From Heptranchias perlo (Eukaryota): 64,000 bases of DNA. The number at the start of each line of letters is the position of its first letter. Positions within the stretch are counted from its first letter, which is position 1. This document shows, one piece after another, positions 38,420-52,414 of the stretch. The notes under the pieces are model-generated. The model was not told where the DNA came from. It saw only the letters and a program-made list of their open reading frames with translations, and made no database searches. The translations under genes were made by a program, and so were the position numbers. Where the stretch lies: the NCBI RefSeq assembly GCF_035084215.1, contig NW_027139264.1:186001-250000 (forward strand), read 5' to 3'.

Positions 38420-39680
38420 TTAAAATTTTCAACCTTGTGTTCAAATCCCTCCATGGCCTCACCCCTCCCTATCACCTCCTCCAGCCCGACAACCCACCGA
38501 GAACTCTACACTCCTCCAATTGTGGCCTCTTGCGCATCCCCGATTTTAATCGCTCCACCATTGGCGCCCGTGCCTTCAACTGCCTAGGCCCTAAGCTCTG
38601 GAATTCCCTCCCTAAACCTCTCCACCGCTCTACCTCTCTCTCCTCCTTCAAGGAGCTCCTTAAAACCGACCTCTTTGAGGTTTTGGTCACCTGTGCTGTT
38701 ATCTCCTTATGTGGGATGACGGGTGAACGGGCAGCAGAGTTCTGGATGAGCTCAAGTATATTGAGGGTGGAAGGTGGGAGGTCCTCCAGGAGAGCATTGG
38801 AATAGTCAAGTCTGGAGGTAACAAAGCCATGAATGAGGGTTTCAGCAGCAGATGGGCTGAGGCAGGGACGGAGACGGGCGATGTTACGGAGCTAAAAGTA
38901 GGCGGTCTTGGTGATGGAGCGGATATGTGGTGAGAAGCTCATCTCAGGGTCAAATAGGACGCCAAGGTTGCGAACGGTCTGGTTCAGCCTCAGACAGTGG
39001 CCAGGGAGAGGGATGGAGTCGGGGGTCTAGGGAACGGAGTTTGTGGCGGAGACCGAAGACAATGACTTCTGTTTTCCCAATATTTAATTTGAGGAAATTT
39101 CTGCTCATCCAATACTGGATGTCAGACAAGCAGCGTAACAAATCAGAGGCAGTGGAGGAGTTGAGAGGTGATGGGGAGGTCGAGCTGGGTGTCCTCAGTG
39201 TACATGTGGAATCTGATGATGTGTTTTCGGATGATGTCGCCGAGGTGCAGCATGTAGATGAGAGATGGGCGGGGTCCCAGGATCGATCCTTGGGGGACTC
39301 CAGAAGTAATGATGAGGAAGTGGGAAAGGAAACCATTGCAGGTTGAATAGATAAGAATGGAACCAGATGAGGGCAATCCCATCCAACTGGACAACGAAGG
39401 AGAGGCATTGGAGGAGGATGGTGTGGTCAACCATGTCAAAGGATGCAGCAGTTTAAGAAGGATGAGGAGGGATAGTTTACCACGGTCACAGTCACAGAGG
39501 ATGTCATTTGTGACTTTGATAAGGGCCATTTCAGTACTGTGTCAGGGACGGAAACCTGATTGGAGGGATTCAAACATGGAGTTGCGGGAAACGTGGGCTT
39601 GGATTTGGGAGACGACAACACGTTCAAGGACTTTGGAGAGGAAAGGGAGGTTGGAGATGGGGCGGTAATTTGCAAGGACA
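38420..39680. mobile_element. Two L2 LINE fragments (+ then -)
   Basis: FKSLHGLTPPY...KLWNSLP; ALIKVTNDIL, GVPQGSILGP, WMSRNFLKLNIGKTE. Confidence 0.85.
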
Positions 39681-40550
39681 GAAGGTTCAAGGGTGGGTCA
39701 AGGAAGCCTTACTTCCTGTTGTCACATTTTTGTCACACTTTTGTGTCAATGTTTTCCATGATATGGAACCTGCCTATGTAAACAGTCACGCTGTAATTTC
39801 ACCCTCCCACCAGTGGGGGTGCTATAGTATCTCAGCCTGCAATACAAAGAAACTCCGAACTCCAAATAACTCGACTTCTCTGCTTCCCAAGTCCCCCTTG
39901 TTTTCCTCTTTAACTCCAAGTAATAATATCAAATGAAAGTCATTGACAAAAATACCGACCGAGTCTCTGATTTTAAAGAGGCTCTGAATTACAACTGCTC
40001 ACCCAGATCTCATTATCCTCCACCCTCTAACCCTGCTTCACCTGAAGATTACGTTTGGCCGTGATTCAACGTGTACAACACCACGGGATATCTGCCAGTG
40101 TATTATTAAATCACTCGACCTGTCACGTCCTCCCATTGAAACCTCTAATGTAAACAGTTCCTACGGACTTCTGCCCTGCTAAATGTGTCCATACTAACCC
40201 TGTGAAGTCTGTAGGTGACTCTGTAACACTGTGTCATGTTATCAGTGTGACCAATGTCTCTGCTCCAGTTCGAAGTCGTTTCAGGTCGGAGGTCGGATTT
40301 CCTGGAGGATTCTCCCGATTGGTTGATGTAACTTGAGCGTAAGATCAGTGGAAATTGTACGGAAGTTACGGCAGACGTTCAGGAGCAGCCCTGAGGGAAT
40401 TCCCAGTGAGAGTCTCTGACTGGGGGTCAGGTCATTGAGTCCAGGGTGGGGGAGGGGGGGGTGAAATTGGCCTTGGGAGCAGTAGTGAACAATCGGGCAA
40501 TAGTGAATCGGCTGCAGATATACATCCTGTCCAATTATCTTCACCATTGA

Positions 40551-41055
40551 CTGAGAGATGTGTCAGTCAGTTCCCTGCAACTCTATCCTGAGAGATGTGT
40601 CAGTCAGTTCCCTGTAACCCTATCCTGAGAGATGTGTCAGTCAGTTCCCTGTAACTCGATCCTGAGAGATGTGTCAGTCAGTTCCCTGTAACTCTATCCT
40701 GAGAGATGTGTCAGTCAGTTCCCTGTAACCCTATCCTGAGAGATGTGTCAGTCAGTTCCCTGTAACTCTATCCTGAGAGATGTGTCAGTCAGTTCCCTGT
40801 AACCCTATCCTGAGAGATGTGTCAGTCTGTTCCCTGTAACTCTATCCTGAGAGATGTGTCAGTCAGTTCCCTGTAACTCGATCCTGAGAGATGTGTCAGT
40901 CAGTTCCCTGGAACCCTATCCTGAGAGATGTGTCAGTCAGTTCCCTGTAACTCTATCCTGAGAGATGTGTCAGTCAGCTCACTGTAACCCTATCCTGAGA
41001 GATGTGTCAGTCAGTTCCCTGTAACCCTATCCTGAGAGATGTGTCTGTTTCCTGT
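40551..41055. repeat. 37-bp minisatellite (~13 copies)
   Basis: Unit CTGAGAGATGTGTCAGTCAGTTCCCTGTAACYCTATC; unrelated to the large satellite. Confidence 0.95.
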
Positions 41056-41764
41056 GGGCTCTGTAATCTTGGTTGCTGCCCACCTGGGAGAAGTTTCTCC
41101 GCAGATAAGAACCATGAGGAAGGCAAATGGAAACCTTCTCAGCTTCTCTTGCCGAGTGAGCAGTTCAAGAGCCTCCTGTGTGAGACTTGAGTTAGGAGCT
41201 GCCCTCGGGGCAGAACACCACAGACCGAAAGGGAATCATCCCGATTAATCCCCACTTCTGAATATTGATTACAGAAAAATGGAAAATAACAGTGCATCAA
41301 AAGCACTGCAGGGGGCAAAACTCCTTTGAGGAACCAATCCCTCGAAGGATGGCAATGCCCAGTTTACATGCTCGAGCAGCCACTGGGAAATCTCCGAACG
41401 TGGCACATTCTCATCCCTTGAGAAATATTCAGGACTTTCGAGACTCTCACCCGTTTCTCAGGAGGACAAAGTGGCATCGAATGGAAGTCCTGGTTAAAGA
41501 TGTCGCTCAGCCAGAATCCGGTGGGGACCGGGTGTGAAAGGGATTGGCCCCCTGCCCGATTTGACCTGCGCTCGTTCACCCCACACGATGGGTCCCAGCC
41601 CATCGACCGGGAACTCAGCTCTGTAATTTACTGGGAATGGAAACACATCAATGATGGCAGGCTGCCTGTGTCTAAATACAGTACATCAGGACCTTGACCG
41701 ACCAGTTCAGCCCCTGCTCCTGTGATGGGTTCACTCTGCACCTTTTCTGTTCCTTTTAAAACTC

Positions 41765-41770
41765 TTTATT
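41765..41770 (-). terminator. Candidate polyadenylation signal of TRIM
   Basis: AATAAA on the minus strand ~555 nt downstream of the stop; position only. Confidence 0.35.
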
Positions 41771-42324
41771 TGTTGTGAAAGTCTTTGTGTGATTACAGTA
41801 CAGCTTCCACATATTGTGATACATTACTCCCATTATACAATGAGAGTCTGACAGCCTCTCTGGAATTCCAGTCTCTTATCCGTGGGAAAGCCTGCGGTAG
41901 AAGACCACATCAGAGGACAACTGGGGACAGAGCCCGGCAATCGGGAAAGATCAGGGCTTGAAGGAAGGGAAGGTTGGACTGGCAATCGGGAGGGAGAGAC
42001 GGAGAGATCGCAGGTTGAAAGGGGGTGGGATCGGGAGGGAGGGATTGGGGGGAAGGGATCGGGAGGGAGGAGGGATCGGGGTTTGAAGTGGGGGAGGGGG
42101 TCGTACCGGTAATAATGAGATGTCTCACCTCTCGAGAGCGGGACACAGGCTCACCACGCAACCCGCCGCTGTAAAAATGGCGGCCGGCGTGCATGCAGCG
42201 GGTTCGGATCGCGTTTTGCAATCTTACATTTTTAACCCCCCCCCACCCCGGCCCTCTCCCGCCCATCGTGGGGGTTTAATATTGCCCCCATTCTCTCTGT
42301 ACTCTGACTCATCAGTTTAGGAAG

Positions 42325-42869
42325 CTACAGTTTGAAATGACGCAGTTTGAGAGGAGCAGTATTTTTACCCTCATCGTGCGATCCAGGATAGAAATAAGGA
42401 AAGAGTTTCTCAGTGAATGTGTGAGTGAAAGTGTAGAGATTGGACATATCATCAGCATTGTAAAATGACACCTGTCCTCCCTCATAGTCCAGGTAAACTC
42501 CGATGGTCCTGAGTTTCACACTCAGGGTCAGTGGGACCAATGGGTTTTCAATAGCTTCATATTCATTCCCATTTCTCAGCCACACAGTCCAGTATCCACG
42601 TTTAGGCCCCAGTGATATCATTCCCTTCCTGTTAACTGACTCTCTGGCCACACCCACGGCCCACTGAGTCTTGTCCCCGACCTCCACCTCCCAGTAATGT
42701 TTCCCTGATGTGAATCCCTGTGATCCCAGGACATAAGGACACAAATCGAATCTCTCCGGGTTATCGGGAAGCTGTAATTTTCTGTCATCGAGTCTCACAC
42801 TGGTCCAGTCCTCAGACAGGATGAGCTTACGATGAGCTGTGTTTGGGTCCAGGGTCAGTGAGGCTGGGA
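42325..42869 (-). CDS. TRIM exon 6: B30.2 (PRY-SPRY) domain to stop
   Basis: ttccccag|; [13 protein letters not shown]...[18 protein letters not shown]...[16 protein letters not shown]...LFPYFYP...RHFKL*. Spliced CDS is 1590 nt = 529 aa with no disablement. Confidence 0.96.
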
Positions 42870-43096
42870 CTGGGGAAATAAAAATGACATCATGTTAAAT
42901 ATTTTAGACAGAGGAAGGTGGACGGAAACAGGTTAATATCTGATATCTGGAAAACTGGGCTCGGCCCCCAGTCTATAATTTCTGTATCAGTAAATAGTGC
43001 AGACTGGGTACAGTGTACAGTTCGATATATTCCTGGACTCCAGTGTGTTCAGTGAACAGATATTACAGACCAGGCAGAGGAAATCAGTCAGCCAGT

Positions 43097-44095
43097 GGTC
43101 TCAGTCTGATCACTGTCCAGTGAACCCTGGGTCAGAGGGGTCTCAGTCTGATCACTGTCCAGTGAACCCTGGGTCAGAGGGGTCTCAGTCTGATCACTGT
43201 CCAGTGAACCCTGGGTCAGGGGGGTCTCAGTCTGATCACTGTCCAGTGAACCCTGGGTCAGGGGGGTCTCAGTCTGACCACTGTCCAGTGAACCCTGGGT
43301 CAGGGGGGTCTCAGTCTGATCACTGTCCAGTGAACCCTGGGTCAGGGGGGTCTCAGTCTGATCACTGTCCAGTGAACCCTGGGTCAGGGGGTCTCAGTCT
43401 GATCACTGTCCAGTGAACCCTGTGTCAGGGGGGTCTCAGTCTGATCACTGTCCAGTGAACCCTGGGTCAGGGGGGTCTCAGTCTGATCACTGTCCAGTGA
43501 ACCCTGGGTCAGGGGGGTCTCGGTCTGATCACTGTCCAGTGAACCCTGGGTCAGGGGGGTCTCAGTCTGATCACTGTCCAGTGAACCCTGGGTCAGGGGG
43601 GTCTCAGTCTGATCACTGTCCAGTGAACCCTGGGTCAGGGGGGGTCTCAGTCTGATCACTGTCCAGTGAACCCTGGGTCAGGGGGGGTCTCAGTCTGATC
43701 ACTGTCCAGTGAACCCTGGGTCAGGGGGGGTCTCAGTCTGATCACTGTCCAGTGAACCCTGGGTCAGAGGGGTCTCAGTCTGATCACTGTCCAGTGAACC
43801 CTGGGTCAGGGGGGTCTCAGTCTGATCACTGTCCAGTGAACCCTGGGTCAGAGGGGTCTCAGTCTGATCACTGTCCAGTGAACCCTGGGTCAGAGGGTCT
43901 CAGTCTGACCACTGTCCAGTGAACCCTGGGTCAGGGGGGTCTCAGTCTGATCACTGTCCAGTGAACCCTGGGTCAGAGGGGTCTCAGCCTGACCACTGTC
44001 CAGTGAACCCTGGGTCAGGGGGGTCTCAGTCTGATCACTGTCCAGTGAACCCTGGGTCAGAGGGGTCTCAGTCTGACCACTGTCCAGTGAACCCT
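43097..44095. repeat. 42-bp minisatellite in TRIM intron 5
   Basis: Unit GGTCTCAGTCTGATCACTGTCCAGTGAACCCTGGGTCAGRGG. Confidence 0.95.
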
Positions 44096-44322
44096 ACTGG
44101 AAAGTGCGAGTGTCTGGATTCAAATGAGAAAATGTTCTGATTCTGTCTCTACTTGAATCGCTCAATCTAAGGTCACACAAAAAGAACGGCCCCTTGAGTG
44201 AAGTACCAGAGACTGCTGCCCCAGTGATCGGTACACAACAACAGTCAGTACATTCAGGAGAGGGAGAAGAGAGCAGGAAACTCTACAGAAAGTTCACCCA
44301 AACCTGTGGAGTCGTTTCATAC

Positions 44323-44558
44323 CTGGAGAGATGATCTGTTTCATTTCCTTCCACACTGCGTAGAGTAAAGGGCCTCGAAACATGGCGTATTTCAGACTTG
44401 CAGATACCAGTATCTCTTCATCTTCATCTTCCTCTGACGATCTCTCTTGATCTTCACCTTCCTCTGATGATCTCTCTTGATCTTCACCTTCCTCTGACGA
44501 TCTCTCTTGATCTTCCCCTCTCTCTGCACCTTCTCCTCCCTCCCCTTTGTCCAGGTAC
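44323..44558 (-). CDS. TRIM exon 5 (linker 2 with acidic repeats)
   Basis: aaacag|G TAC CTG...TCT CCA G|gtatga; 236 bp, phase 2-1; YLDKGEGGEGAER(GEDQERSSEE)x3 DEDEEILVSASLKYAMFRGPLLYAVWKEMKQIISP. Confidence 0.9.
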
Positions 44559-44650
44559 CTGTTTGAATGGGATTGATTCACTCACTCACTGCTGGATACA
44601 ATCTGTGATCACAGTGTAAGACCGAGTCTGGGTTTGGATTGGGTACTCAC

Positions 44651-44673
44651 CTTTCTCCCAATCTTTTCAGTTC
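44651..44673 (-). CDS. TRIM exon 4 (23-bp micro-exon)
   Basis: tcctgcag|GAACTGAAAAGATTGGGAGAAAG|gtgagt; the typical 23-bp TRIM exon; phase matches both neighbours. Confidence 0.9.
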
Positions 44674-44769
44674 CTGCAGGACAGAGAATCAGAAACATTT
44701 TAATAAATATACCGTACTCTTTAGATTGTACATTTTAATAAATATACCGTATTATTTGGATCGTACGTT

Positions 44770-47390
44770 TTAATCATAGAATCGTTACAGCACAGAAGGA
44801 AGCCATTCGGCCCATCGAGCCCGTGCCGGCTCTTTGTAAGAACAATCCAGTTAGTCCCATTCCCCCCACTCTTTCCCCATAGCCCTGCAACTTTTTTCCC
44901 CTTCAAATATTTATCCAATTCCTTTTCGAAAGCCACGATTGAATCTGCTTCCACCACCCTATCAGGCAGCGCATTCCAAATCATAACTATTCGCTGTGTA
45001 AAAACATTTTTCCTCATGTCGCCTTTAGTTCTTTTGCCAATCACTAAATCTGTGTCCTCTGGTTCTTGGCCCTTCCACCAATGGGAACAGTTTCTCTTTA
45101 TTTACTTTATCAAAATCCTTCATGATTTTGAACACTTCTATCAAATCTCCTCTCAACCTTCTCTGCTCTCAGGAGAACAACCCCAGCTTCTCCAGTCTAT
45201 CCAGGTAACTGAAGTCCCTCTCCCCTGGAACCATTGTAGTAAATCTTTTCTGTTCCCTCTCTCAGGCCTCACATCCTTCCGAAAGTGCGGTTCCCAGAAT
45301 TGGACACAATACTCCAGTTGTGGCTGAAGCAGTGTTTTGTAAAGGTTCAACATGACTTCCTCACTTTTGTACTCTCTGCCTCTATTTATAAAGCCCAGGA
45401 TCCTGCATGCTTTTTTAACCGCTTTCTCAACCTGTCCTGCCACCTTCAAAGATTTGGGCACATATAACTCCAGGTCTCTCTGTTCCTGCACCCCCTTTAG
45501 AATTGTACCATTTAGTTCATATTGCCTCTCCTCGTTCTTCCTGCCAAAATGTATCACTTCACACTTCTCTGTGTTAAATTTCATCTGACATGTGTCCGCC
45601 CATTCCACCAGCCTGTCAATGTTCTCTTGAAGTCTATCACTATCCTCCTCACTGTTTATTACACTTCCAAGTTTTATGTCATCTGCAAATTTTGAAATTG
45701 TGCCCTGTACACCCAAGTCTAAGTATATATCAAAAAAAGCAATGGTCCTTGTACTGACCCCTGGGGAACACCACTGCACACCTTCGTCCAGTCCGAAAAA
45801 TAACCGTTCACCACTACTCTCTGTTTCCCGTCACTGAACAATTTCCTATCCATGCTGTCACTGCCCCTTTTATTCCATGGGCTTCAATTTTGCTGACAAG
45901 CCTATTATGTGGCACTTTATCAAACGCCTTTTGAAAGTCCATATATACACCAACCTTCTCTGTTACCTCATTAAAAAACTCAATCAAGTTAGTTAAACAC
46001 GATTTGCCTTTAACAAATCCGTGCTGGCTTTCCTTTATTAATCCACACTTGTCCAAGTAACTATTAATTTTGTCCCAGATTATCGTTTCTAAAAGCTTCC
46101 CCACCACCAAGGTTAAACTGACTGGCCTGTAGTTGTCGGGTTTATCCTTACACCCTTTTTTGAACAAGGGTGTAACATTTGCAATTCTCCAGTCCTCTGG
46201 CACCACCCCCGTATCTACGGATGTTTGGAAGATTTTGGCCAGTACCTCCGCAATTTCCACCCTTACTTCCCTCAGCAACCCAGGATGCATCCCATCCGGA
46301 CCGGGTAACTCATCGACTTTAAGTACTTTCTCATGTGTCCTCCATCAATTTATAGCCCATCCAGTATCTCAACTACTTCCTCTTTTACTGTGACTTTGGC
46401 AGCATCTTCTTCCTTGGTAAAGAAAGATGCAAATATTCATTTAGTACCTCAGCCATGCCCTCTGCCTCCATGTGTCCCTAATTGGCCCCACCCCTCCTTT
46501 TTCTACCCATTTCCCAATATATGCTACAGGAAATTTTTGGATTCCCTTTTACATTGGCCGTCAGTCTATTCTCATACTCTCTCTTTGCCCCTCTTATTTC
46601 CTTTTCACTTCTCCTCTGTACTTTCTATATTCAGCCTGGTTCTCACTTGTATTATCAACCTGACATCTGTCAGACACCCTTTTTCTGCTTCATCTTACTC
46701 TCTATCTCTTTCGTCATCCAGGGAGCTCTGACTTTAGTTGCCCTAACTTTCCCTCTCGTGGGAATGTACCTCTACTGTACCCGAACCATCTCCTCTTTAA
46801 AGGCCACCCATTGTTCGATTACAGTTTTGCCTGACAATCTTTGATTCCAATTTACCCAGACCAGATCCGTTCTCAACCCACTGAAATTGGCCCTCCTCCA
46901 ATTAAGTATTTTTACTCCAGTTTGCTCCTTGTCCTTTTCCATAACTAATCTAAACCTTATGATATTGTGATCACTGTTCCCTAAATGTTCCCCCACTGAC
47001 ACTTGCTCCACTTGACCCACCTCATTCTCCAGAACCAGATCCAGCAATGCCTCCTTCCTCGTTGGGCCGGAAACATACTGAGCAAGAAATTCCTCCCCCT
47101 CTTTGCCCTTTACACTATTACAATCCCAGTCTATATTGGGATAGTTGAAGTCCCCTATTATCACTACTCTACAGTTCTTGAACCTCTCTGTAATTTCCCT
47201 GCAAATTTGCTCCTCGATACCCATCCTACTATTTGGTGGCCTATCGAATACACGCAGTAGTGCACTGGCACCTCTATTGTTTCTTAACTCTATCTAACCA
47301 AATAGAGTCTGTCCTTGGCCCCACAGGGACATCCTCTCTCTCCAGCACTGCAATATTCCCCTTCATCAACACTGCCACCAACACCACTAT
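44770..47390 (-). mobile_element. CR1 LINE ORF2 remnant in TRIM intron 3
   Basis: IIGDFNYPNIDW, LGNSDH, NYRPVSLT, DFQKAFDKVPH, KFADD, 3' UTR. Confidence 0.92.
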
Positions 47391-47844
47391 TTTCTTTCCT
47401 TCCCGATGTATAATCAGTGGTTTTAGTGAAATGTGATGTGATCTGGGGAGTTTTCACTGACGGGCTCCAGTGATGTGACACCGTGTCCGTTACCCCCTGG
47501 AATACACTGGACAGGGTCTCCTCTGCTGCTGAAGACTTTGAAGGTTCACTGAGCCTTTCCTTTTATTTATGGTCTATATTTTCCCAGTAACTCAGAGCTT
47601 GTCTCTGGTCTGTGCAGCCCTGAGCTGGGGACAGTGGTGTTACACCTAACCTCAGTATCCCTTCGATAGGGAGACAACAGCCTATGTACCAGCTCCTGGA
47701 CACTTCCAGGCAGCTCTGGGGAAACATGCAGCTGTGGAGACATCAGACCAGAACAGGAATAGGCTCATTGTGATGCCCACACAGTCAAATAGCCTCCTGT
47801 TGCTCACTGTTTGTGCAATAGATGTGCAGCAGCCACAGAAATAT

Positions 47845-48140
47845 ACCCCAGCCTATCGCTGTTCCCAGGGCTAGTACCCATGAGACTGTACCCCAACATG
47901 TCTCTGTTCCCAGGGCTCGTACCCATGGGACTGTACCCCAACATGAATCTGTTCACAGGGCTAGTACCCATGGGACTGTACCCCAACATGTCTCTGTTCC
48001 CAGGGCGAGTACCCATGGGACTGTACCCCAACATGTCTCTGTTCCCAGGGCTAGTACCCATGGGACTGTACCCCAACATGTCTCTGTTCCCAGGGCTAGT
48101 ACCCATGGGACTGGACCCCAACATGTCTCTGTTCTCAGGA
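47845..48140. repeat. 45-bp tandem repeat (~6.5 copies)
   Basis: Unit GTACCCCAACATGTCTCTGTTCCCAGGGCTAGTACCCATGGGACT. Confidence 0.92.
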
Positions 48141-48249
48141 CAGAAGCGAAATGGAGCAAACTATAGGGCCTAAACTCTCAAAACCTGAATGAAGAATCCT
48201 CAGTAACCTGTGGGAGATATTCAGATGGTGAGTTCATCGGATATTTACA

Positions 48250-50120
48250 GGTGAGGGAAGCCATTTGGCCCATCAATTCCTCCATCTAGAACGACTAAAG
48301 GTGCCCCCCTACATTGCATCATCTAATTGGTTCCTGTCCTAACGCTGCCCATTTGCTCATTACTGTTGTGTGAGAAGAACTTCCTGATATCAGTCCTGAA
48401 ATTACATTTACACGTTTGACCCTGTGTCCCCTTGGCCGACTCCAACAATTAAAGTATGATTTTGATTTACCATTTCCATACTGTTTACTATCCCTTATAC
48501 CGCGATAGAATCACCTCTCGGACACCTCGGGGATTATTTAGACTTTAGGCGATAATATAGCACGGACGATATTGGCTCGGTCTCTCGTTAAACACCTCTC
48601 CCCATTTTTATTTCTATTGACTTCAAATCTGGAGAGATGTTTAATAGGTGACTGAGCTGATATCGGTCCTTTTACACTGTCGCCCAGTGTCAAAATTACA
48701 CCACTCCTTTCCAGAGTGAAGTGTTCAAGTCTCTCCAGTCTGTCCCAATAACTGAGACGCTTGATACCAGGCCTCACTGCTCTCCTCTGCCCTGCCTTAC
48801 TTCTCGGTGACCAGAACTAGGCACAGTATTGTATCGAATTGCATAGAATCTACAGCACAGAAACAGGCCATTCGGCCCAACTGCTCCATGCCAGTGTTTA
48901 TGCTCCACACGAGCCTCATCCCACCCCTCTTCATCTAACCCCATCAACATATCCTTCTGCTCCTTTCTCCCTCATGTGTTTATCCAGCTTCCCCTTGATT
49001 GTATCTGTGCGACTCACCTCAACCACTCCATGTGGTCGCGAGTTCCACATTCTAACCACTCTCTGGGTAGATAAGTTTCTCCTGAAATAGTGACTATATT
49101 ACACTTATGGCCCGTAGTTTTGGACACCCCTACAAGTGGATACATATTCTCTATGTCTCCCCTATTAAACAATTTCATAATTTTTAAGACCTCTATCAGG
49201 TCATCCCTCAGCCTTCTCTTTTCGCCGAATCCCCCACCATCAACATCCTGGGGGTCACCATTGACCAGAAACTTAACTGGACCAGCCACATAAATACTGT
49301 GGCTACAAGAGCAGGTCAGAGGCTGGGTATTCTGCGGCGAGTGACTCACTTCCTGACTCACCAAAGCCTTTCCACCATCTACAAGCCACAAGTCAGGAGT
49401 GTGATGGAATACTCTCCACTTGCCTGGATGAGTGCAGCTCCAACAACACTCAAGAAGCTCACCACCATCCAGGACAAAGCAGCCCGCTTGATTGGCACCC
49501 CATCCACCACCCTAAACATTCACTCCCTTCACCACCGGCGCACTGTGGCTGCAGTGTGTACCATCCACAGGATGCACTGCAGCAACTCGCCAAGGCTTCT
49601 TCGACAGCACCTCCCAAACCCGTGACCTCTACCACCTAGAAGGACAAGGGCAGCAGGCACATGGGAACAACACCACCTGCACGTTCCCCTCCAAGTCACA
49701 CACCATCCCGACATGGAAATATATCGCCGTTCCTTCATCGTTGCTGGGTCAAAATCCTGGAACTCCCTTCCTAACAGCACTGTGGGAGAACCTTCACCAC
49801 ACGGACTGCAGCGGTTCAAGAAGGCGGCTCACCACCACCTTCTCAAGGGCAATTAGGGATGGGCAATAAATGCCGGCCTCACCAGCAAAACCCACATCCC
49901 ATGAACAAATAAAAAAAATGAGCCCCAGCCTGTTCAATGTTTCCTGATAGTTATAACCTCTCAGTTCTGTTATCGTCCTTGTGATTCTTTTTTGTACCTT
50001 CTCCAGTGCCTCTATATCTTGTTTATGGAGACCACAACTGTTCACAGTAGTCTAATTGTGGTCTAACCAAGGTTTGATCCAGGTCTAACATAACCTCTCT
50101 GCTTTTGAATTCTATCCCTC
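48250..50120. mobile_element. CR1 3' fragments with a second LINE 3' end nested at ~49225-49915
   Basis: CR1 sequence is interrupted by AGQRLGILRR...VMEYSPLAW and an A-rich tail. Confidence 0.75.
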
Positions 50121-50690
50121 CATTCAAAGTGGGGTCTGATCAGAGTAACTGCACAGTGTGATCACAACTTTCTCTGACCTGTATGGACGAGTCAGTCCAT
50201 TGACTGCAAATGAAAATTGGGTGCAATGTAAAACAGGCTGTCGATTCGTTATCGCCTGTTTTGCACGACCGTCTTTGGCGAATTTATACCCTTCTGTGTC
50301 TCGACCCGCTGCCAACGACCTTCTGATCTACGACTTGTCTCGGCTGAATCTGCTTTCCTCCCTCCACCTATCTACTTTGAATGATTTCCGATTGCTGCCT
50401 CAATGTTCCCCACAAGTCTCTTTACCCCTCCTTGGTCTGGATGCAGCCCATTTCTTCTGTAACAGTCCTTTTTTGGACATTGTCATCTGGTTCCAGTTAT
50501 ACAGGAAGATACTGTTATACCTGACAGGTTCAGACAGTCTCCTCCACAGTCAGAGCTCAAACTGGACTGATACCTGTTTGTCCTCAGTTATACTGCACGT
50601 TGTGCAATGTTGTGATGTGGTTTGAGCCCTATTATAATGTGCTGTTTACACTTACACCAACAGGTTGGGGATTGGTTTATAAAGGATCAC

Positions 50691-50924
50691 CTTGAGAAAA
50701 GAGATACTGTCTTGCTGCTCGATGTCTGCACAAAGGTTCAATATGTTCTCCTCAAGTGATCTCAGTTCCTCCTCAATTCTTTTCAAGTTCTTCTCCATTG
50801 GGCGTAGATCTTCCTCCTTTTGCCTCCTCAGCTCTTCCATTAAATGTTTCTCTTTGTCTTCAAGATATTGATGAATTTTGGCAAATTGTGCAGCGATGTC
50901 TTGCTCCAGGGATCCTGTGAGCTC
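50691..50924 (-). CDS. TRIM exon 3 (coiled coil, 234 bp)
   Basis: catcttag|GAGCTC...CTCAAG|gtgatc; ELTGSLEQDIAAQFAKIHQYLEDKEKHLMEEL...DSISFLK. Confidence 0.92.
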
Positions 50925-51004
50925 CTAAGATGGTGAGAGAGATCATTTAAGCTGCAGGTTGTTAAAGGGCCGCAGTGTTTAAAGGTGACGTAAGTAGGAC
51001 TTAC

Positions 51005-51100
51005 ATTCAGTTCTGAAATCTTCTCCTCCTGCCGCCGTTTTAATTCACTTTTACTTTTCTTTTCATCCTCCATGGAATCCAAGGACAATTTCAGCTGGTC
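51005..51100 (-). CDS. TRIM exon 2 (coiled coil, 96 bp)
   Basis: ttttag|GACCAG...GAAT|gtaagt; DQLKLSLDSMEDEKKSKSELKRRQEEKISELN; typical 96-bp TRIM exon. Confidence 0.93.
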
Positions 51101-51299
51101 CTAAAAATGGAATCAGATCTCATCATAATCCATTTCAATGTCAGCCATTGTATTCCAAAACAGTGGGATCGGACGTTCAGGGAATATTACATGTGTTACT
51201 AGTGTGTACCCCTTTCTTTACAAGAGGCAGAGTGAAAAGTACCCAATCAAACCAGGCACAGCTTCAAACCAACAACTGGTTTATGTTATATTAAATATA

Positions 51300-51660
51300 T
51301 GAAAGGGTTTGATAGGGTAGACGGAGAGAAAATGTTTCCACTTGTGGGGGAGACCAGAACTAGGGGCCATAAATATAAGATAGTCAGTAATTAATCTGAT
51401 AAGGAATTCAGAACAAGCTTCTTTACCCAGAGAGTAGTTAGAATGTGGAACTCACTACCACAAGGAGTAGTTGAGGCGAATAGTACAGATACGTTTAAGG
51501 GGAAGCGAGATAATCACATGAGGGTGAAAGGGACACAAGGATGTGCTGATAAAGTTAGAAGAGGGGTGGGAAGAGGCTTGTGTGGAGCATAAATGCCGGC
51601 ATGGACCTGTTGGACTGAATGCCCTGTTTCTCTGCTCTACATTGTATGTAATTCCATGCA
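51300..51660 (+). mobile_element. CR1 3' fragment
   Basis: FFTQRVVRMWNSLP motif and 3' UTR. Confidence 0.75.
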
Positions 51661-52414
51661 AGTCTATATGGCTTTCACACTGAGAACAATCAGATCCCTC
51701 ACTCCCCAGTTATTAAATACAATAAAGATACACACTCTTCAAACCTTCTCTAGCTAAGCTTTTCAAATGAGCTGGTCCAGACTTTGAATTTGTGGACAAC
51801 GTCTCACTGCTGATGTGAGAACACAGCTCAGTCCCCCTGTCTGGGAGAGAGAGAGAGAGAGACTTATTTGTCACCTGCCGTAAGTCTATGAGATGGAGAA
51901 TTCCTCCCACTGAACTGTCAATCAATGTTATGACCCCTGCCGTGGAACACCTACCCACTGATGAGGCAACAGCAGAGCGTTTATGTGTCGGTTTCAGCTA
52001 AGCCCCCTGCTGGGACAATGGAATGGGAGGATACCTGGATCCTCAGGTATTGCACAGACTGATCTTCACACAATGGCTCGTCATGTTTGACATTGTACAC
52101 ATTGACCTTCCTATTGTTCATTCACATTTTAAGTCACCGTGGTTGAGAACAGTTCAAGGCAACTGGCTCATTGTAAACAAAATCATTGTGTGTGCAACCT
52201 TGGGAGTTCGTCCCTTAAAAACTGAATCTAACATTGCAGAAATATTATATGTTAAAAAATCAGCTCAAACAACACTGGTACAAACAAAGTTCCTACAATG
52301 ACATTTGTATTTTCAACAGATCAACCAGACCAAAAGTAACCTGAACAGTAATTCTCCAACATCCAACCCCCTGTCTTAGTTCACCGAGGGAGTTTTACCC
52401 TCTCCAGACCCAGT

